The translations under genes were made by a program, and so were the position numbers. From an uncultured Chlamydiae bacterium (GTDB taxonomy: Bacteria > Chlamydiota > Chlamydiia > Chlamydiales > JAJFMA01): a DNA stretch of 64,000 nt. Within the stretch, counting starts at the first letter, position 1. Every line of letters begins with the position of its first letter. Below the pieces are notes generated by a model, which made no database searches, was not told the DNA's origin, and was given only the letters and a program-made list of their open reading frames with translations. Positions 61,219-64,000 of this stretch are shown here, one piece after another. The stretch spans positions 3,840,877 through 3,904,876 of the forward strand of contig CAVQMM010000001.1 in the NCBI GenBank assembly GCA_963713615.1, read 5' to 3'.

Positions 61219-63153
61219 ATGAAATATTGTGAGTCGGTGTATCAGACGAAGCGCTTCAAAACGCGCGAGGTAATGGTCGGTAGCGTTGGGGTTGGTGGTG
61301 ATCACCCTGTTCGCATTCAGTCGATGACAACCTCTAGCACTCGTGATGTTGAAGCCACAATCGAGCAGGTTATTAGATTAGCAGACGTCGGATGCGAGAT
61401 CGCTCGTGTCACCGTACAGGGAATGAAAGAGGCGGAGGCCTGTGAGCAAATCAAAAGTGGTTTGATTCAGCGTGGATATAATATTCCTTTGGTGGCTGAC
61501 ATTCATTTCTTTCCTCCTGCTGCGATGAAAGTCGCAGATTTTGTGGACAAAGTACGTGTTAATCCCGGTAACTATGTTGATAAACGGGCGAGTTTCAAGG
61601 TTCTTGAATACGACGATGCCTCCTATGCCAAGGAGATCGAGCGTATCGAGGAAAAGTTTACGCCGTTAGTGGAAAAATGTAAGCGCCTCAAGCGTGCCAT
61701 GCGCATTGGAACCAACCACGGGTCCCTCTCTGATCGCATTATGAGTCGCTATGGCGATACTCCCCACGGAATGGTGGAGTCTGCGTTGGAATTCGCACGT
61801 GTCTGCCGCAAAAATGACTATCATGACATTATTTTTTCCATGAAGGCCTCGAATCCGCAGGTGATGATTCAGGCTTACCGCCTTCTTGTTGCCGCGATGT
61901 ATGAGCTGGGATGGGACTATCCCTTGCATCTGGGAGTGACTGAAGCTGGTGAAGGTGAAGATGGCCGAGTGAAGTCAGCCATGGGGATTGGTGCGTTGCT
62001 GCTCGATGGCTTGGGGGATACGATACGCGTTTCGCTGACCGAAGATCCCTGGTATGAGATCGATCCTTGCCTTAGGTTAAGGCAATTTGGCGAAGAGTAT
62101 ATCGGTCAGGGTGTAGAGGCCTTTGAAGAGAAGCATCGACGCATTGAAGTCATTGAACGCCGAGCAGTGTCATTGCCAGGGGATGTATCGTTGCATCGCG
62201 ATGGATCGGTATGGATACCGATGACATCTCAAGAACTTGTAGCTGTAGATGTCTATGAGACTCTTGGATGCCGCTTCGATGCGGGACAGCTGAAGCTCAA
62301 GGGCACAGCCGCTGATGCTGTTGTGTTCAGCGAAGGCGCTAGTGCTGGTGCTACCCGAACCATCAAAGATTTGCTCGAGGTCGGAGTAGGGGTTGTCGGA
62401 ACTGGCGGAGTGCGCTCAATGACATTGCAAGAAGCCTCAGATGCTCTCGCAATGCAGACCAAAGCAGCACGCTTTGCTGTCGTTCCTATGGCTCCTCCCA
62501 AGGAACCTTTGGTGTTAACTGTTCGCGATGAACCACCTTCTCGGTGGGCTGTGATTGAAAAACTCGAGCCTTCTGTGATCCTTCTCGGCCCTACCCGTGA
62601 TCGCTTGCATGGTTCTCGACGCTTTTTTGAATGGCTTCAGGAGCGTCGCTTGAGTATTCCAGTCATCCTTCACTACGACTATGATTGCGCACCGGAAGAT
62701 TTCATCATCCGCGCCAGTGCCGAATGTGGTGCCATGTTGTGCGATGGCCTTGGGGACGGTGTCTGTTTGAATGGGCCTTATCCACGCGAGTTTTTACGCT
62801 CATTCAGCTTCACTATTCTGCAGGCTGCGCGGATGCGAACGACTCGGACAGATTTTATTTCGTGTCCAAGCTGCGGCAGAACTTTATTCAACCTGCAGGA
62901 TGTGACAGCGCGTATTCGTTCCCGCACAGCACACCTGCCAGGGGTAAAAATAGCGATCATGGGTTGTATCGTCAACGGCCCTGGTGAGATGGCCGATGCC
63001 CATTTTGGCTATGTTGGCTCCAAACCAGGCAAGATCGACCTGTATGTAGGGAAGGCGTGTGTTGAGAAGGACATCGACTTCTCCGATGCTGATGATCGTC
63101 TGGTCTCCCTAATTAAAGCGCATGGTCGCTGGCAGGAGCCCCCTCAGGAGTAG
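61219..63153 (+). CDS. ispG: (E)-4-hydroxy-3-methylbut-2-enyl-diphosphate synthase, long (three-domain) form
   Basis: RIQSMT, VADIHF, RVNPGN, HLGVTEAG, ISCPSCGR and MGCIVNGPGE motifs; start 61219 or 61183. Confidence 0.96.
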   Translation: MKYCESVYQTKRFKTREVMVGSVGVGGDHPVRIQSMTTSSTRDVEATIEQVIRLADVGCEIARVTVQGMKEAEACEQIKSGLIQRGYNIPLVADIHFFPPAAMKVADFVDKVRVNPGNYVDKRASFKVLEYDDASYAKEIERIEEKFTPLVEKCKRLKRAMRIGTNHGSLSDRIMSRYGDTPHGMVESALEFARVCRKNDYHDIIFSMKASNPQVMIQAYRLLVAAMYELGWDYPLHLGVTEAGEGEDGRVKSAMGIGALLLDGLGDTIRVSLTEDPWYEIDPCLRLRQFGEEYIGQGVEAFEEKHRRIEVIERRAVSLPGDVSLHRDGSVWIPMTSQELVAVDVYETLGCRFDAGQLKLKGTAADAVVFSEGASAGATRTIKDLLEVGVGVVGTGGVRSMTLQEASDALAMQTKAARFAVVPMAPPKEPLVLTVRDEPPSRWAVIEKLEPSVILLGPTRDRLHGSRRFFEWLQERRLSIPVILHYDYDCAPEDFIIRASAECGAMLCDGLGDGVCLNGPYPREFLRSFSFTILQAARMRTTRTDFISCPSCGRTLFNLQDVTARIRSRTAHLPGVKIAIMGCIVNGPGEMADAHFGYVGSKPGKIDLYVGKACVEKDIDFSDADDRLVSLIKAHGRWQEPPQE

Positions 63154-63724
63154 CCTTGTGATGCTCCCAGGCTGTTTCTGGTTGGTTTAGCCGGTGGTTA
63201 ATGTGGCGGGATAGGACAAACAAATAGTCCGAGAGGCGGTTGAGGTAGACGAAGACATGTTCCGAGACGTCTGCCTTGGTATATAGCGGCGCAATGCGTC
63301 GTTCCGCGCGGCGGCATATACTGCGAGCGAGGTTCACCATTGCTCCGGCCGGATGCCCCCCTGGAAGAATAAAGTGCGTAAGTTTTGGGAGCGTAGACTC
63401 CATCGCATCGATCCACTGTTCTAAAAGTTCAGTGGCATGCTGATCAAAGTAAGTTCTCTTTTTTTTGCTTTCCGAAGCGCGAGAGCGGGGTGTCGCTAGG
63501 GCTGCGCCTACATCAAATAGGCCGTGTTGTATCATCTCGAGCTGTTTTTGGCTCTCGGCTAGTATGGAGTCGTCCGGGAGCAACGATAAGGCCACCCCAA
63601 TAGCGGAATTACATTCGTCTACAGCACCAACGGCTTCAATAAAGGCATTGTCCTTGGGGACCCGCTCACCAGTAAATAGAGAAGTTTCTCCCGTATCGCC
63701 TGTCTTTGTGTAAATTTTTACCAT
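63113..63724 (-). CDS. PduO-type cob(I)alamin adenosyltransferase
   Basis: KIYTKTGDTGETSL, FILPGG, RSICRRAER and YLNRLSDYLF motifs. Confidence 0.92.
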   Translation of the reverse strand: MVKIYTKTGDTGETSLFTGERVPKDNAFIEAVGAVDECNSAIGVALSLLPDDSILAESQKQLEMIQHGLFDVGAALATPRSRASESKKKRTYFDQHATELLEQWIDAMESTLPKLTHFILPGGHPAGAMVNLARSICRRAERRIAPLYTKADVSEHVFVYLNRLSDYLFVLSRHINHRLNQPETAWEHHKATPEGAPASDHAL

Positions 63725-63877
63725 GTCATGATCTCCTGTTTGTAACATCCTATCATAAATCAGGAAGGGATAGGATAAGAAACAAGATATTGTTATACCA
63801 CCAATTTATCGAGATCACGCATGGTAGCCGCCGATAGCAATGAGCACTGCCATCGGCGGAGAACATACCAATTAGGG

Positions 63878-64000
63878 CTATTGGTTGTTGCTATTCAGGA
63901 TGATCTTCGGTGCTATCGCCATGGCAGCCTGTTTTTGTTCCTTAACCACACTTGATATGTATGTAAGATAGCTAGTAATAGACTGATATCCTTCATCTCC
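63878..64000 (-). CDS. 3' end of a CDS entering from beyond the window
   Basis: Open frame GDEGYQSITSYL...ILNSNNQ* running from the window edge. Confidence 0.35.
   Translation of the reverse strand, partial: GDEGYQSITSYLTYISSVVKEQKQAAMAIAPKIILNSNNQ

Noticed and set aside
63113..63153. 41-bp convergent overlap of ispG and the adenosyltransferase gene
   Set aside because: Short tail-to-tail overlaps are common in compact genomes.

Overview
Chromosomal window from an environmental member of the Chlamydiota (Parachlamydiales/Simkaniales-like). The assignment is inferred from chlamydial gene order and protein types: lptG-lptF/tilS...ftsH...pnp-rpsO-tadA; rpmE-prfA-prmC-ffh-rpsP-trmD-rplS-rnhB; gmk-rpoZ-metG; ubiD-rpmB; long-form FtsH, TrmD and IspG. 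Accessory genes are interspersed among the core genes: gmd-fcl, a frameshifted BTB/POZ remnant, an AT-rich coiled-coil/LRR protein, a secreted GH9 glycosidase, a six-gene general-stress cluster (two N/Q-rich BON proteins, CsbD and a YciF broken by a 22-bp duplication), a TPR protein with a degenerate Ntox50-like tip, and a pseudo-lipase plus PI4-kinase-like candidate effector pair. The most striking non-coding signal is a set of at least four families of intergenic palindromic (REP/REPIN-like) elements. Several are built as nested 'matryoshka' layers with exchangeable cores and relocatable sub-modules. One family directly flanks a Y1/HUH transposase gene (RAYT-like). A promoter-to-terminator non-coding unit at about 18650-18810 is a candidate sRNA. 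All calls come from reading the sequence and the ORF track; no searches were run.
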